Source: an uncultured Methanoregulaceae archaeon (GTDB lineage Archaea; Halobacteriota; Methanomicrobia; Methanomicrobiales; Methanospirillaceae). From it: a stretch of 64,000 nt of DNA. The notes under the pieces were generated by a model. It ran no database searches, was not told the origin of the DNA, and saw only the letters and a program-made list of their open reading frames with translations. The DNA is taken from contig CAWJAX010000003.1 of the NCBI GenBank assembly GCA_963841015.1, positions 32,001 through 96,000 of the forward strand. The letters are read 5' to 3'. Positions 19,858 through 30,654 of this stretch are shown here, piece after piece. The position numbers and the translations under genes were made by a program. How positions within the stretch are numbered: the stretch's first letter is position 1; every line of letters starts with the position of its first letter.

Positions 19858-21753
19858 ATGAGCGGTGAGTACGAACGGGCATTCCGGGAATCTGTTTCTG
19901 ATCCGGAACGTTTCTGGGGAGCGGCTGCAGAAAAAGTCCACTGGTACAGAACCTGTGACCGGGTGCTTACGAGCGAAAAACCGCCATTTTACCGCTGGTT
20001 TGAAGGAGGGATTGTCAATTCATGTTACAATGCCCTGGATTATCATGTCGAAAACGGGCTAAAAAACAATATTGCCCTGATCTATGACAGCCCGGTTACA
20101 AAAACCGTAAAACGTTATACTTATGGTGAACTTCGGGACCTTGTGGCACGATGCGCAGGGGGGCTACAGCAGCTTGGAGTCGGGAAAGGTGACCGTGTTG
20201 TTATCTACATGCCCATGATCCCCGAAGCGGTAATCGCGATGCTTGCCTGTGCACGCATCGGGGCTATTCACTCGGTGGTCTTCGGGGGTTTTGCGGCACG
20301 GGAACTTGCCACCCGCATCGAGGACGCAAAACCTCATGTTGTCATATCCGCGTCATGCGGGATCGAAGTCAACCGTATCATTCAGTACCAGCCACTCCTG
20401 GAGTCTGCTATCGATATGTGCATCTTCAAACCCACATTCTGCGTAATTGTGCAACGACCTGAAGCACCCGCGATTCTCCGTGATGGCAGGGATATTCTGT
20501 GGGATAAACTTCTGGATGCCGATCCGGTTGCGTGCATTCCCGTGCATGCGACCGATCCGCTCTATCTCCTGTATACTTCCGGTACCACGGGGAAACCTAA
20601 AGGAGTAGTGCGGGATAATGGGGGGCATCTCGTTGCGCTGACCTGGACAATGAAAAATATTTATGATATACGTCCCGGCGAAGTTTATTGGGCAGCATCC
20701 GATATCGGCTGGGTAGTCGGGCATTCTTATATCGTGTACGGACCCCTGTTTTACGGATGTACCACCATCCTCTATGAAGGAAAATCTGTTGGTACTCCGG
20801 ATGCCGGTGCATTCTGGCGGGTCATTGCGGAGCATGGTGTTTCTGTGCTTTTTTGTGCCCCTACGGCATTTCGTGCTATCCGGAAGGAGGATCCCGAAGG
20901 TGAGAAGATCCGGGCCTATGATCTCAAAACATTCCGGATGCTTTTTCTGGCAGGCGAACGGTGTGATCCTGACACCCTGATCTGGGCACAACAGCAACTG
21001 AAGATTCCGGTTATCGATCACTGGTGGCAGACAGAGACCGGGTGGGCTATTGGTGCGAACTGTGTCGGCCTTGAACTGCTTCCCGTCAGGCCCGGTTCAT
21101 GTACAAAGCCGGTTCCGGGATTCGATATCCGTGTTCTTGATGCCCAGGGAAAAGATGTTCCCGCAGGAGAAACCGGAAATATTGTGGTCAGGCTACCCCT
21201 TCCCCCGGGATGTTTCACCACACTCTGGCAAAATGAGCTGGATTTTGTCAAGACCTATTTTTCAGCGTATCCCGGGTATTACCTGACCTCTGATGCCGGG
21301 TATATCGATACTGAGGGTTACCTCTGGATTATGGGCAGGACTGATGACATCATTAATATTGCCGGGCACCGGCTCTCCACTGGTGCAATGGAGGAGGTGC
21401 TGGCATCGCACCCGGATGTTGCGGAATGTGCAGTTGCCGGGGTGTATGATCCGGTAAAAGGAGAAGTACCCCTGGGCTTTGTCGTCCTGAAGGCCGGGGT
21501 AAATAAAAACCCGGACATCATCAGGGCTGAACTTATTGCTCTTGTACGGCAAAAAATCGGCCCGATTGCGTCATTCAAAGCAGCAGCAGTAGTAAACCGG
21601 TTACCCAAAACACGATCCGGCAAGATCCTGCGGGGTACTATTAAAAAAATCGCAGATGGTGTTTCCTATACGGTTCCTGCCACCATTGATGATCCGGCAA
21701 TTCTGGATGAGATAAAAGTAACATTAAAAGAGATGGGATATCCGAAAACCTGA
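19858..21753 (+). CDS. AMP-forming acetate/propionate--CoA ligase (Acs/PrpE family)
   Basis: YTSGTTGKPKG, DHWWQTETG, GRTDD, LPKTRSGK. Confidence 0.92.
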   Translation: MSGEYERAFRESVSDPERFWGAAAEKVHWYRTCDRVLTSEKPPFYRWFEGGIVNSCYNALDYHVENGLKNNIALIYDSPVTKTVKRYTYGELRDLVARCAGGLQQLGVGKGDRVVIYMPMIPEAVIAMLACARIGAIHSVVFGGFAARELATRIEDAKPHVVISASCGIEVNRIIQYQPLLESAIDMCIFKPTFCVIVQRPEAPAILRDGRDILWDKLLDADPVACIPVHATDPLYLLYTSGTTGKPKGVVRDNGGHLVALTWTMKNIYDIRPGEVYWAASDIGWVVGHSYIVYGPLFYGCTTILYEGKSVGTPDAGAFWRVIAEHGVSVLFCAPTAFRAIRKEDPEGEKIRAYDLKTFRMLFLAGERCDPDTLIWAQQQLKIPVIDHWWQTETGWAIGANCVGLELLPVRPGSCTKPVPGFDIRVLDAQGKDVPAGETGNIVVRLPLPPGCFTTLWQNELDFVKTYFSAYPGYYLTSDAGYIDTEGYLWIMGRTDDIINIAGHRLSTGAMEEVLASHPDVAECAVAGVYDPVKGEVPLGFVVLKAGVNKNPDIIRAELIALVRQKIGPIASFKAAAVVNRLPKTRSGKILRGTIKKIADGVSYTVPATIDDPAILDEIKVTLKEMGYPKT

Positions 21754-21981
21754 ACGTCGAAATGTATTGATAAAGGAATTATCAGGAAAAACCAACGGTT
21801 ATTCATCATGTTTGCTGAGTCCGCGACTCATGTACGGTTCTCCAGAGTCTTTGTTGTTCATTAACCCAGGAAAGATAAATGCCTGAAAATTACGGCCTGC
21901 GACACTAATCTCAGTATTTTACCCTGAACTTTTGCAATCACGTTGATATAGTGCCAAGGCAATAGCACTGATGTGAATACC

Positions 21982-22380
21982 ATGTCGGCTGAACAGATGT
22001 TAACTGAAACGGCCTCACAACTTAAGGGATTCCTTTCAACAGATAATGTGATAGGTACACCCATGGATTTTGGCGAGAAAGTTGTGATCCCGGTAGCGAG
22101 GTTTGGTTTTGGGTTTGGTACCGGAAGCGGCGGGGGAAAAGAAGGCAGCGGCCAGGGAGCGGGTGCAGGCGGGGGCCTTGATCCCGTTGCCCTCATCATT
22201 CTCCACAAGGATGTCAAAGGCCCCGAGGGCGTTCAGGTAATGTCTCTTAAAAAGGACAGCGCGATAGCCCAAATCATTTCGGCATTGAGCGAAACGATTG
22301 CTCCCCAAGTCATTGACGCAATCAAATCCATGAACCAGAACAAGGCACAGGATTCTCCGGCAAAAAAAGAAGATCTCTGA
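21982..22380 (+). CDS. YtfJ/GerW family protein
   Basis: NVIGTP..VIPVARFGFGFGTGSG..GAGAGGGLDPVALI. Confidence 0.85.
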   Translation: MSAEQMLTETASQLKGFLSTDNVIGTPMDFGEKVVIPVARFGFGFGTGSGGGKEGSGQGAGAGGGLDPVALIILHKDVKGPEGVQVMSLKKDSAIAQIISALSETIAPQVIDAIKSMNQNKAQDSPAKKEDL

Positions 22381-22402
22381 TCCTTACCTCACCATTTTTT
22401 TT

Positions 22403-23077
22403 ATGGATACACTCCTCATCCCCGCATTTATCATTGCATGCTTAATCCTTTTCTGTGAATGTAGTGCAGTTCTTCTCTATGTGATCCCGGTGCGCTTTGT
22501 TCTGCGGTTGTTTCATACGGAAGGGCACGATGAACAATCGGTCCTGGTTTCCTGGGGATTGATTGGATTATGGATCACCAATGATACCCATCAGCAAAAA
22601 ATAACGATTTACCTCGGACGTCGAAATATCCTCTGCCGCCCGATTGAACGTGGACCAAAGAAGGGTGATGAGAAAAAAATACCCCTATTGGCAGATTTCC
22701 GATCCGGTGAGCGGTATTTTGCCCTTTTTTCCGGGATGATAAAACCGGCCGGAAGATTTGTATCGGTCCTATGGCACGAATGCAGGTTTGAGAATTGTAC
22801 CGGAAATATCCGGATCGGTACGAAAGATCCGGTTGCGACCGGCATCCTGTATGGCGGGTACTGGGCCACCCGCTCCGGGCTTCAGGCCGCCCGTATTTTT
22901 ATCGAAATGAAACCGGAGTTCACTCATGAGGTATTCGAGATGGACGTGGCAATCCGCGTCCGGATCAATCATCCCCTCCGTATCATAATTGCTGGAATCC
23001 GGTTGATGAGAAACCGTGCTGTCCGGGACACGATGAATCCTGAAAAATCCCATCCTGGTGGTGCGGTAAAAGTATGA
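22403..23077 (+). CDS. DUF2953-like membrane-anchored protein
   Basis: N-terminal TM; IGTKDPVATGILYG motif; usual neighbour of YtfJ. Confidence 0.75.
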   Translation: MDTLLIPAFIIACLILFCECSAVLLYVIPVRFVLRLFHTEGHDEQSVLVSWGLIGLWITNDTHQQKITIYLGRRNILCRPIERGPKKGDEKKIPLLADFRSGERYFALFSGMIKPAGRFVSVLWHECRFENCTGNIRIGTKDPVATGILYGGYWATRSGLQAARIFIEMKPEFTHEVFEMDVAIRVRINHPLRIIIAGIRLMRNRAVRDTMNPEKSHPGGAVKV

Positions 23078-23280
23078 CAGCAGATATCAGGATGCTGGAA
23101 GCGGTAACCTGCGGTGAACGCATAATTGTTGCGCTCGTTCGTCATACACAGGTCTTGTCTGACCAGGGTATTGTTATGATGGCAAACCCTGTTGCGTTAC
23201 TTATTTCTGAGGCAGGGAAGTGGATGTTTTTCCCGCTTGAAGAGAAGACAGGGCCTGACATTCTTTCAAACTTTTCCTGA
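23074..23280 (+). CDS. small YtfJ-like hypothetical protein
   Basis: ATGA overlap with the upstream gene; IIVALVR..NPVALLI. Confidence 0.6.
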   Translation: MTADIRMLEAVTCGERIIVALVRHTQVLSDQGIVMMANPVALLISEAGKWMFFPLEEKTGPDILSNFS

Positions 23281-23416
23281 ACGAATGAATTTTTAATTAT
23301 TTATAAATTATATTTTATATAAATTAATCCGGTAGCGATACAAAACAATATTTTTTTATAATGTTAATTGCTGTAATTTAATATGATATGCTATAACATA
23401 GCATAGCAGGTATACC

Positions 23417-24733
23417 ATGAAGTACACAGCCCTTTTCATAGCATTAATGCTTATTACAGCATTCTTTGCCGGATGCACCCAGCAGGCTCAGGCTCCGGCA
23501 CAGCCAAAGGAGATCAAGATTGGTGCAATTGTATCCATGACCGGTCCGAACAGCAATATTGGAAAAAACATGTGGCAGTCAGCAGTTCTTGCGACTGAGG
23601 AGATAAATGCAAACGGCGGGATTTTTGTCAAACAATACAATGCAAAAATACCCATTAAACTCGTACAGGGAGATGACGAGTCCACGCGTGAAGGTGGCCA
23701 GAAAGCGGCAACCAAGCTCATCACCGATGACAAGGTCGATATTCTTGTCGGTGGGTATTCCAGCGCTGTAACGTCTGCCTATGAACAGACCGTTGCAGAG
23801 TTCAAAGTTCCGTATATTGTGACCGGTGCATCGAGCCCGATTATTACCCACAGGACGGATATTGATACAAGTTATGTCTTCCACCACTGCCCGACAACGG
23901 ACGCGTATGGGATGTATACTACCAACTTCATTGACCAGGTAATTCGCCCGGCAGTCAACAAGAAATTTAATTTCGGTGCTGACCGCCCGTTCCGTCTTGC
24001 CCTGCTGTACCAGGATACAGGTTTTGGGATTGGTGTGAAGACCGCGGTAAATGACACGATTGTCAAGAATAATTTAAACATCCAGCTGGTCTCCCAGCAG
24101 AGTTACAAGATGGGAGAGAGCGATTTCAGGACTGTGTTGACCAACATCAAGGCAACGAATCCTGATGCAGTCTACCTGGCAGCAGCGCCCAACGAGGGAG
24201 CCCAGATCATTCCCCAGGCAAGGAGAGATGTGGGGCTCAACACGATCTTCCTTAATGTTGAGAACAACGACGCTCCGGAATTTTATAAGGGGATCGGGCA
24301 GTACGGTGAATATGCCATTATCGAGAGCCGGTTCTCTCCCTACGTCACACCCACTGGCGTCCTGTCCAGTGCCCAGACCTCATTCAAGAACAACTACTAC
24401 ACTAAATGGGGTGCATATCCCGATATGATGGGTGCCTCGACGTATGATGGTACCTATATTGCTGCAAAAGCGATTGAAAATGCCGGGACCCTTAATAAGC
24501 CAGATATCCGGCAGGCTCTTGTAGACCTCAAGATGCCGCAGGTAGTCGAATACATGAAAGACGCAACCATCTCGTTTTCCAAGGATTTCCGTGAATCCCA
24601 GTTTGATCTCTGGATGGAGCAGCTGTATTATAATGCAACTATCGGCGAGACCCGGCCAACTGTGGTCTGGCCCGACAACATAAAAACAAAGGATTTCGTC
24701 CTCCCCGACTGGTATAAGCCTGGGAGTCCATAA
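23417..24733 (+). CDS. branched-chain amino-acid-type ABC substrate-binding lipoprotein (LivK-like)
   Basis: Lipobox FAGC; IKIGAIVSMTG, GGYSS; periplasmic binding protein type 1. Confidence 0.88.
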   Translation: MKYTALFIALMLITAFFAGCTQQAQAPAQPKEIKIGAIVSMTGPNSNIGKNMWQSAVLATEEINANGGIFVKQYNAKIPIKLVQGDDESTREGGQKAATKLITDDKVDILVGGYSSAVTSAYEQTVAEFKVPYIVTGASSPIITHRTDIDTSYVFHHCPTTDAYGMYTTNFIDQVIRPAVNKKFNFGADRPFRLALLYQDTGFGIGVKTAVNDTIVKNNLNIQLVSQQSYKMGESDFRTVLTNIKATNPDAVYLAAAPNEGAQIIPQARRDVGLNTIFLNVENNDAPEFYKGIGQYGEYAIIESRFSPYVTPTGVLSSAQTSFKNNYYTKWGAYPDMMGASTYDGTYIAAKAIENAGTLNKPDIRQALVDLKMPQVVEYMKDATISFSKDFRESQFDLWMEQLYYNATIGETRPTVVWPDNIKTKDFVLPDWYKPGSP

Positions 24734-24785
24734 CAAATAATAATTCTTTTTATAACAGCCCGGCGAATAAGGAACTGATTACTGC

Positions 24786-25664
24786 ATGTACGATCCTGGG
24801 ACCCTGTTACAGATTATTTTCTGGGGACTGTATGCCGGCTGCATCTACATCCTGCTGGCAACCGGGCTCAACCTGATCTTCGGGGTCATGAAAATTGTCA
24901 ACTTCGCGCATGGCGAATTTCTCATGATTGGTGCCTATATCACGGCAACCATCTTTTTCCTCACCGGTTTCAATCCCTATGCAATTATCCTGGTGTCCAT
25001 GCTCGCGCTGGTCGGCATCGGTGCAGTGGTGGAACGCTTATGTTTCCGGCCTATCCTTGGCACGAGCAAACTCAATGAAATATTTCTCTCCATAGGTCTC
25101 ATCTATATTTTTACCAATAGTGCTGCGATGATCTGGGGAGACGAGTGGCAGAGCATCAAAAGTCCTTATGCAGGTATAACAGTTCCCATCGGTTCACTCA
25201 ATGTACCGCTTGATTATATTATTATCATCATTACGACGGCGGCCATTCTCTGCGGGCTCTACGTGTTTTTGAAAAAGACGAAAACCGGGCGGGAGATGCG
25301 GGCGACGAGCCAGAACCGGAAAGGAGCAATGCTTGTCGGTATCAATGTCGAGCGGATGGATATCCTGAGTTTTGGTATCGGGTGTGCCCTTGCTGCTGCA
25401 GCCGGGACCCTCTGGGTGGTAAGCGGGCAGGTATTCAATCCTTACATGGGGTCGATACCTGCAGTAAAGGCATTTGCAATCATTATTCTTGGCGGACTGG
25501 GGAGCATTCCGGGTGCGATTATAGGGGGGCTAATCTACGGAATCGCAGAGAATGGTGCTGCTTATTTCCTGGGGGGTGTCTGGAAGGACGCGATCTCGTT
25601 TATTATCCTGATTGTAGTCCTTGTTCTCAGGCCTACCGGTCTCTTTGGCGAGGAGAGTGAGTGA
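24786..25664 (+). CDS. livH: BCAA ABC permease
   Basis: GLNLIFGVMKIVNFAHGEF, ILGGLGSIPGA, RPTGLFG. Confidence 0.88.
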   Translation: MYDPGTLLQIIFWGLYAGCIYILLATGLNLIFGVMKIVNFAHGEFLMIGAYITATIFFLTGFNPYAIILVSMLALVGIGAVVERLCFRPILGTSKLNEIFLSIGLIYIFTNSAAMIWGDEWQSIKSPYAGITVPIGSLNVPLDYIIIIITTAAILCGLYVFLKKTKTGREMRATSQNRKGAMLVGINVERMDILSFGIGCALAAAAGTLWVVSGQVFNPYMGSIPAVKAFAIIILGGLGSIPGAIIGGLIYGIAENGAAYFLGGVWKDAISFIILIVVLVLRPTGLFGEESE

Positions 25665-26659
25665 GCATTATGAAATTTAATCGGGCTGATATTACCCGGT
25701 ACGGGACTATTGCCGTACTTGCCATTGCTGCCGTTGCCCCGTTCCTGTTAGACAGCCGGTACATCCTAAACCTCCTCTGCCTGATGCTGATCTTTATCAT
25801 CTTTGCTTCGGCATGGAACCTGCTTGCCTATTCCGGCCAGGGCTCACTTGGCCATGCTGCATTCCTTGGCATCGGGGCATATGCTTCAACCATTATAGCG
25901 ACAAAAAGCGGCATTACTCCCTATATTACGATCTTCCTTGGCGCTGCTGTGGCTGCCTTAATCGGGATCCTGATCGGGCTTACCTGTGTCCGGCTCAAGG
26001 AATGGTTCCTTGCCATGGTCACGTTCGGGTTTGCAATCATTGTCCAGACCGTTGCAGTGAGTATCCTTACCCCGGTTACCGGTGGCTGGGACGGGATTGC
26101 ATCTCCCCGCCTCGTGAGCCCGGACATACCCTATTACCAGCTGATAGAATATTACTCGATCCTGCTGATCACCATTGCATCAATTGTGTTTATCTGGTAT
26201 ATCCTGAGATCCAGGATCGGTCTTGCATTTGCTGCAATCCGTGAAAACGAGATCGAGGCTCGTGCAGCAGGGGTCGATCCCGTACGCTACCGTCTCCTTG
26301 CGTTTGGATTAAGCGCCTACCTCGCCGGCGTTGCCGGGGCTCTTGAGATCGCACACATCGGGTACATCACGCCGGAAATATTCGGGGTCGATCTCTCGTT
26401 CTGGCCAGTGACGTATGTCATACTGGGTGGCCTGTGCACCCTTGCCGGACCAATTATCGGTACCGTCGTCCTCACCATTATCTGGGAAGGGCTGAAAATG
26501 GCCGGGCTTACGTTTGGCCGCTATGTCATTGTCGGGGTGCTCCTGATCCTGGTGATCATATTCCTGCCAAAAGGGCTTGTGGACCTTCCCAACCAGGTTC
26601 ACAAATGGTGGAAGCAGTATAAAAAATCAAAACCTGACACGGCTGTTGTGCAGGAATAA
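25661..26659 (+). CDS. livM: BCAA ABC permease
   Basis: GQGSLGHAAF, AIRENEIEA, FLPKGL. Confidence 0.88.
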   Translation: MSIMKFNRADITRYGTIAVLAIAAVAPFLLDSRYILNLLCLMLIFIIFASAWNLLAYSGQGSLGHAAFLGIGAYASTIIATKSGITPYITIFLGAAVAALIGILIGLTCVRLKEWFLAMVTFGFAIIVQTVAVSILTPVTGGWDGIASPRLVSPDIPYYQLIEYYSILLITIASIVFIWYILRSRIGLAFAAIRENEIEARAAGVDPVRYRLLAFGLSAYLAGVAGALEIAHIGYITPEIFGVDLSFWPVTYVILGGLCTLAGPIIGTVVLTIIWEGLKMAGLTFGRYVIVGVLLILVIIFLPKGLVDLPNQVHKWWKQYKKSKPDTAVVQE

Positions 26660-26714
26660 TTAATAAGTTCCTTTACATCGCTTTTTAATAAAGATAACAA
26701 TCCAGATGATGTTT

Positions 26715-27443
26715 TTAAAATCCCAGATAAGCTTTCTGGATATGCGGGTCGTGCATGAGCTCTTTTGCCTTTCCCTCTTTTATGATTCTCCCGTTTTCAA
26801 GAACATAGCCCCGATGGCACATGTTGAGCGCATGCCGGACATTCTGCTCAAGAAGTAAAACCGTGATCCCTTCACGACCGAGCTGTTCGAGTGACCTGAA
26901 TACCTGGCCAACAAGCAGCGGGGAAAGCCCGGTTGAGGGTTCATCGAGAATGAGCAGTTTGGGGTTGGACATGAGAGCCCGGCCAATGGTCAGCATCTGC
27001 TGTTCCCCTCCGCTTAGTGTACCTGCCATCTGTCGCTCCCGCTCCTGCAGGATGGGAAAGAGTGAATAGACATGCTTAAGAGCGGCAGAATAGTCAGTAT
27101 CATCCCGTGCACCGAGTAAGAGGTTTTCAACCACGGGCATTTTTGGGAAGATCTCGCGTTTTTCAGGCACTAGAGCAAGACCTTTATCGAAGAGATCATA
27201 CGGGTGCATCCCCAGAATATTTTCTCCAAGAAAGGTAATGGATCCGGTGGCCTTTTTGTTCAAACCAACAATTGTCTCCACGGTTGTAGTTTTCCCGGCA
27301 CCGTTTGGCCCGATAAGGGTGACCAGTTCCCCCTTGTTGACATGAAGCGAGAGATCCCAGACGACCTGGAGGTTTGCGTGAAATACATTCAGCCCCGAAA
27401 CTGACAGCATAGGGGTGGAATTTTCAGAATGCATGCATGTCAC
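26715..27443 (-). CDS. livF: BCAA ABC ATPase
   Basis: GPNGAGKT, LSGGEQQML, LDEPS. Confidence 0.9.
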   Translation of the reverse strand: MTCMHSENSTPMLSVSGLNVFHANLQVVWDLSLHVNKGELVTLIGPNGAGKTTTVETIVGLNKKATGSITFLGENILGMHPYDLFDKGLALVPEKREIFPKMPVVENLLLGARDDTDYSAALKHVYSLFPILQERERQMAGTLSGGEQQMLTIGRALMSNPKLLILDEPSTGLSPLLVGQVFRSLEQLGREGITVLLLEQNVRHALNMCHRGYVLENGRIIKEGKAKELMHDPHIQKAYLGF

Positions 27444-28152
27444 CGAGATAGGTATCGATCACTTTCTGGTTGTTTACCACTTCATACGGGTGCCCTTCTG
27501 CTATCTTCTCACCGTGATCCAGCACAACAATGCGGTTCGACACACCCATGATGACACTCATTACGTGCTCGATGATCAGAATAGAAACACCATTATCACG
27601 GATTTTTTTGATAAGATCAACTGCCTCGTTACTCTCCTTCGGGTTAAGACCGGTAGTGAGCTCATCCAGCAGGAGCAATTTTGGTTTTGAGGCAAGCGCC
27701 CGGGCAAGTTGCACCTTTTTTAATTCAACCACATTTAAATTTTTAATAATTGTTTCCCGTTTTTCCTGAGGGAAACTTACAAAATCAAGTATCTTTATCG
27801 CATCAGTTTTTGCCTCCCCCATGCTGATCTTCCGGGGGTTACCAAATAATGCACCAATCATCGTGCATTCGAGGGCGGTAAGTCCGGGAAAGGATTCTGC
27901 GATCTGGAATGTTTTTGCGATTCCTTTCCTGCAGATCTGGTGGGCTTTGAGCCCGGTGATATCTTCACCGAAAAAGGTTATTGTTCCCCTTGTTGGGACA
28001 CTGATGCCGGAAATCATATTGAGGAGGGTGGTTTTTCCCGCACCGTTCGGGCCGACGAGTCCGACGATTTCATTGTCCCCTAAAAAGAGATCTACGCCGT
28101 TAACGGCACAGAGGCCCCCGATTTGCTTGGTCAGATCCTTGGTAGTGAGCAT
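27424..28152 (-). CDS. livG: BCAA ABC ATPase
   Basis: GPNGAGKT, KTFQ, LLLDE, IEH, VIDTYLG. Confidence 0.9.
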   Translation of the reverse strand: MLTTKDLTKQIGGLCAVNGVDLFLGDNEIVGLVGPNGAGKTTLLNMISGISVPTRGTITFFGEDITGLKAHQICRKGIAKTFQIAESFPGLTALECTMIGALFGNPRKISMGEAKTDAIKILDFVSFPQEKRETIIKNLNVVELKKVQLARALASKPKLLLLDELTTGLNPKESNEAVDLIKKIRDNGVSILIIEHVMSVIMGVSNRIVVLDHGEKIAEGHPYEVVNNQKVIDTYLGDMHAF

Positions 28153-28391
28153 AGGAACACGTTGCTGGCAATTATCATGCTAAAATTAGCACGGAGCAGT
28201 CTTAAAGATAATGATAATTTCTCTCAAGAATTATTATAAGATTGGTGAGTGGAGACCAATTTATGAAAAGCAGAGAAGTTACTTTTTAAAAATCAGGAGA
28301 ATATTTGCTACATATTCTTATTATAAGAGGACTTACGGGCAAGAATAAATGTTGAAAATCTGCCGGGATTTTCACACTCTTTTGTTATTTA

Positions 28392-29460
28392 TTAGGTATT
28401 TCGGGCATCTTTTGGCAGGTGAAGAGTAAATGTGCTTCCGACATTCACGGTACTCTCCACGGTGATATCCCCCCCATGCATCTGCATGATCTTTTTTGTT
28501 ATCGAAAGCGAGAGCCCGATACGATCATACCTGCGGGACAGTTTTGCTGCATCTGCAAGTTGGAACGGTTCAAAAATTGATGAAAATGCACTTTCAGAAA
28601 TCCCTGCCCCATTATCCCTGACAGAAATATGGTGGTATCCGTCATCGATTTCTGAATGGTAAAAAATGGTGATTTCACGGGGTGGTTTAGAGAAATTAAT
28701 CGCATTTGACAGAAGGGAATCAAAAACGCCAAAAAGCCGGTCCATATCTGCAGTGATGCTCAGGGTATCAGGAATATCCATGGTTATCTCAGCTTTTGAG
28801 AAATATCCGTTGATGTCCAGCACACTCTTAACCAGTATTATGAGGGGGAATTTCGAGTAGTTCAGACGAAGCCTCCCGCTTTCGAGTACCCGAGAGCTCA
28901 AGCATCTGGTTAATAATCTGGCGCTCCCGCTCTACGCTCACCAGGCAACGCTCGAGAATCTTTTTTGTATCATCAGTTATGCCGAATCCCTTTGGGTCCT
29001 GAACAAGCAGGTTAAGGTAACCAAGGATTGGCTGGAGTGGTGTGCGCAGCTCGTGAGCGACCGTAATGATAATCCCCCGGCGCCTTTCATTGTCAAGCTG
29101 TATCTTATCTTCAAACCGCTGTTTTTCTGAAATGTCTACCAGATTTATAAGGATAGCCGGTTCGGTACGATGCATGATCGGCATTGTTAAGAGTAAAGCC
29201 ACCCGTGCCTTTCCGGATTTTGTGACAAACCGGAACTCACCCTGTTCTGCTATCGGAGTCACATTTGCCCGGTGTTTCGCAAACTTTGTAAATTCTTCAT
29301 GATCTGATTGATTAACAAAGGAAATGAGATCTTTTCCGATAATCTCCTTTTCATTATACCCGGAAAAAAAGGAAAATGCCGGGTTTGTATAGAGGATACT
29401 ACCATTCCTGACAACCAGTATACTGGTTGGCGAATGTTCGGCGAGTTCGCGATAGTCCAT
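28392..29460 (-). CDS. PAS-domain histidine kinase (frameshift near 28890)
   Basis: PAS + VAHELRTPL H-box in 28828-29460; NAINF, DNGAG, GLSLSI, GSTF HATPase in 28392-28901; one extra G in GGG joins them. Confidence 0.85.
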
Positions 29461-29810
29461 CAGTATGGCGCTCCGGGACAGGTCAACTCATCAGCTGTCC
29501 TCATTGTCTGGCATATAGCATTCTGGAATATCTGGCCTATCATCCTATCCATATTATCTAGGCCATTTGAATTTCTTGTTATTTTAAGATATATACCTCT
29601 GAAAAATCATGGGAGACCTGAAGGGTATTTAAAAAAGGTGCTTTTTTAGAGAAACTGGATACGATTGAATAAGTCCTGGCCTATCAGGTACTGTATTATG
29701 TTCTTTGGATTTCCCTGTAGGTTTCCCCCGCTCGTTTTTAGAGATTTTCCTGTTTTTCCCGATGAGAGATCAGTGGGTTGAAATAACAGGGCGGGCAAAA
29801 ACGGTACGCA

Positions 29811-30518
29811 ATGCACCCGTATGTTATAGTCAACGTCGCCATGAGCGCTGATGGTAAGATCTCCACCCGGGAACGCCGACAGGTCAGGATATCGGGTTCG
29901 CAGGATTTTACCCGGGTTGATCACCTCAAAGCCGGGTGTGATGCGATCATGGTAGGTATCGGTACCATCCTTGCTGATGATCCTTCACTTACGGTAAAAT
30001 CAGAAGAGTGCCGAACATATCGCAGAAAACAGGGCTGGAACGTCAATCCTGTTCGCATTGCTGTGGACAGTTCAGGCCGTATTCCTCCTGAAGCATCGAT
30101 CCTGAATAAGGGTGAGGGAAAGCGTGTGATTGCAGTATCAAAAAGAGCAGATGCCTCAAAGATATCCATGCTGGAAAAAAAAGCGACAATAATTATTGCC
30201 GGGGAGGACGAAGTAGATCTCCACGTTCTCATGAACGAACTTGGCGCAATGGGGATCCATCGTATTATGGTAGAAGGTGGCGGGACCCTCATCGCAGGAT
30301 TGATTGAGGCTGGCCTTGTTAGCGAGATCTATACATTCATTGGAAATATCATCATCGGAGGAAAGGATTCACCAACATTTGCTGATGGGGAAGGGTTCAT
30401 TCTGGAATCGGCGTTTCCCCGTCTCACACTTCAGGAAGTCCGCAGGATCGAACAGGGTATCCTCCTGCACTGGATCTTTGAGAATCCGGATCAGAAAGAG
30501 ACCAATGGGGTTTTTTAG
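29811..30518 (+). CDS. arfC: 2,5-diamino-6-(ribosylamino)-4(3H)-pyrimidinone 5'-phosphate reductase (RibD C-terminal/ArfC)
   Basis: AMSADGKI, VGIGTILADDPSL, MVEGGG. Confidence 0.9.
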   Translation: MHPYVIVNVAMSADGKISTRERRQVRISGSQDFTRVDHLKAGCDAIMVGIGTILADDPSLTVKSEECRTYRRKQGWNVNPVRIAVDSSGRIPPEASILNKGEGKRVIAVSKRADASKISMLEKKATIIIAGEDEVDLHVLMNELGAMGIHRIMVEGGGTLIAGLIEAGLVSEIYTFIGNIIIGGKDSPTFADGEGFILESAFPRLTLQEVRRIEQGILLHWIFENPDQKETNGVF

Positions 30519-30654
30519 AGAAACGCACATGAATCGGTTCACACCGGAACAATGAAAATCGTCCTCTTTGCAAGAAGGCAGAGTGTTGTTTTGAATTTTT
30601 TAGGATCTGCAGAATTACGTTTTCTATGATGCATGTTACAAAGCAATGGGACAC

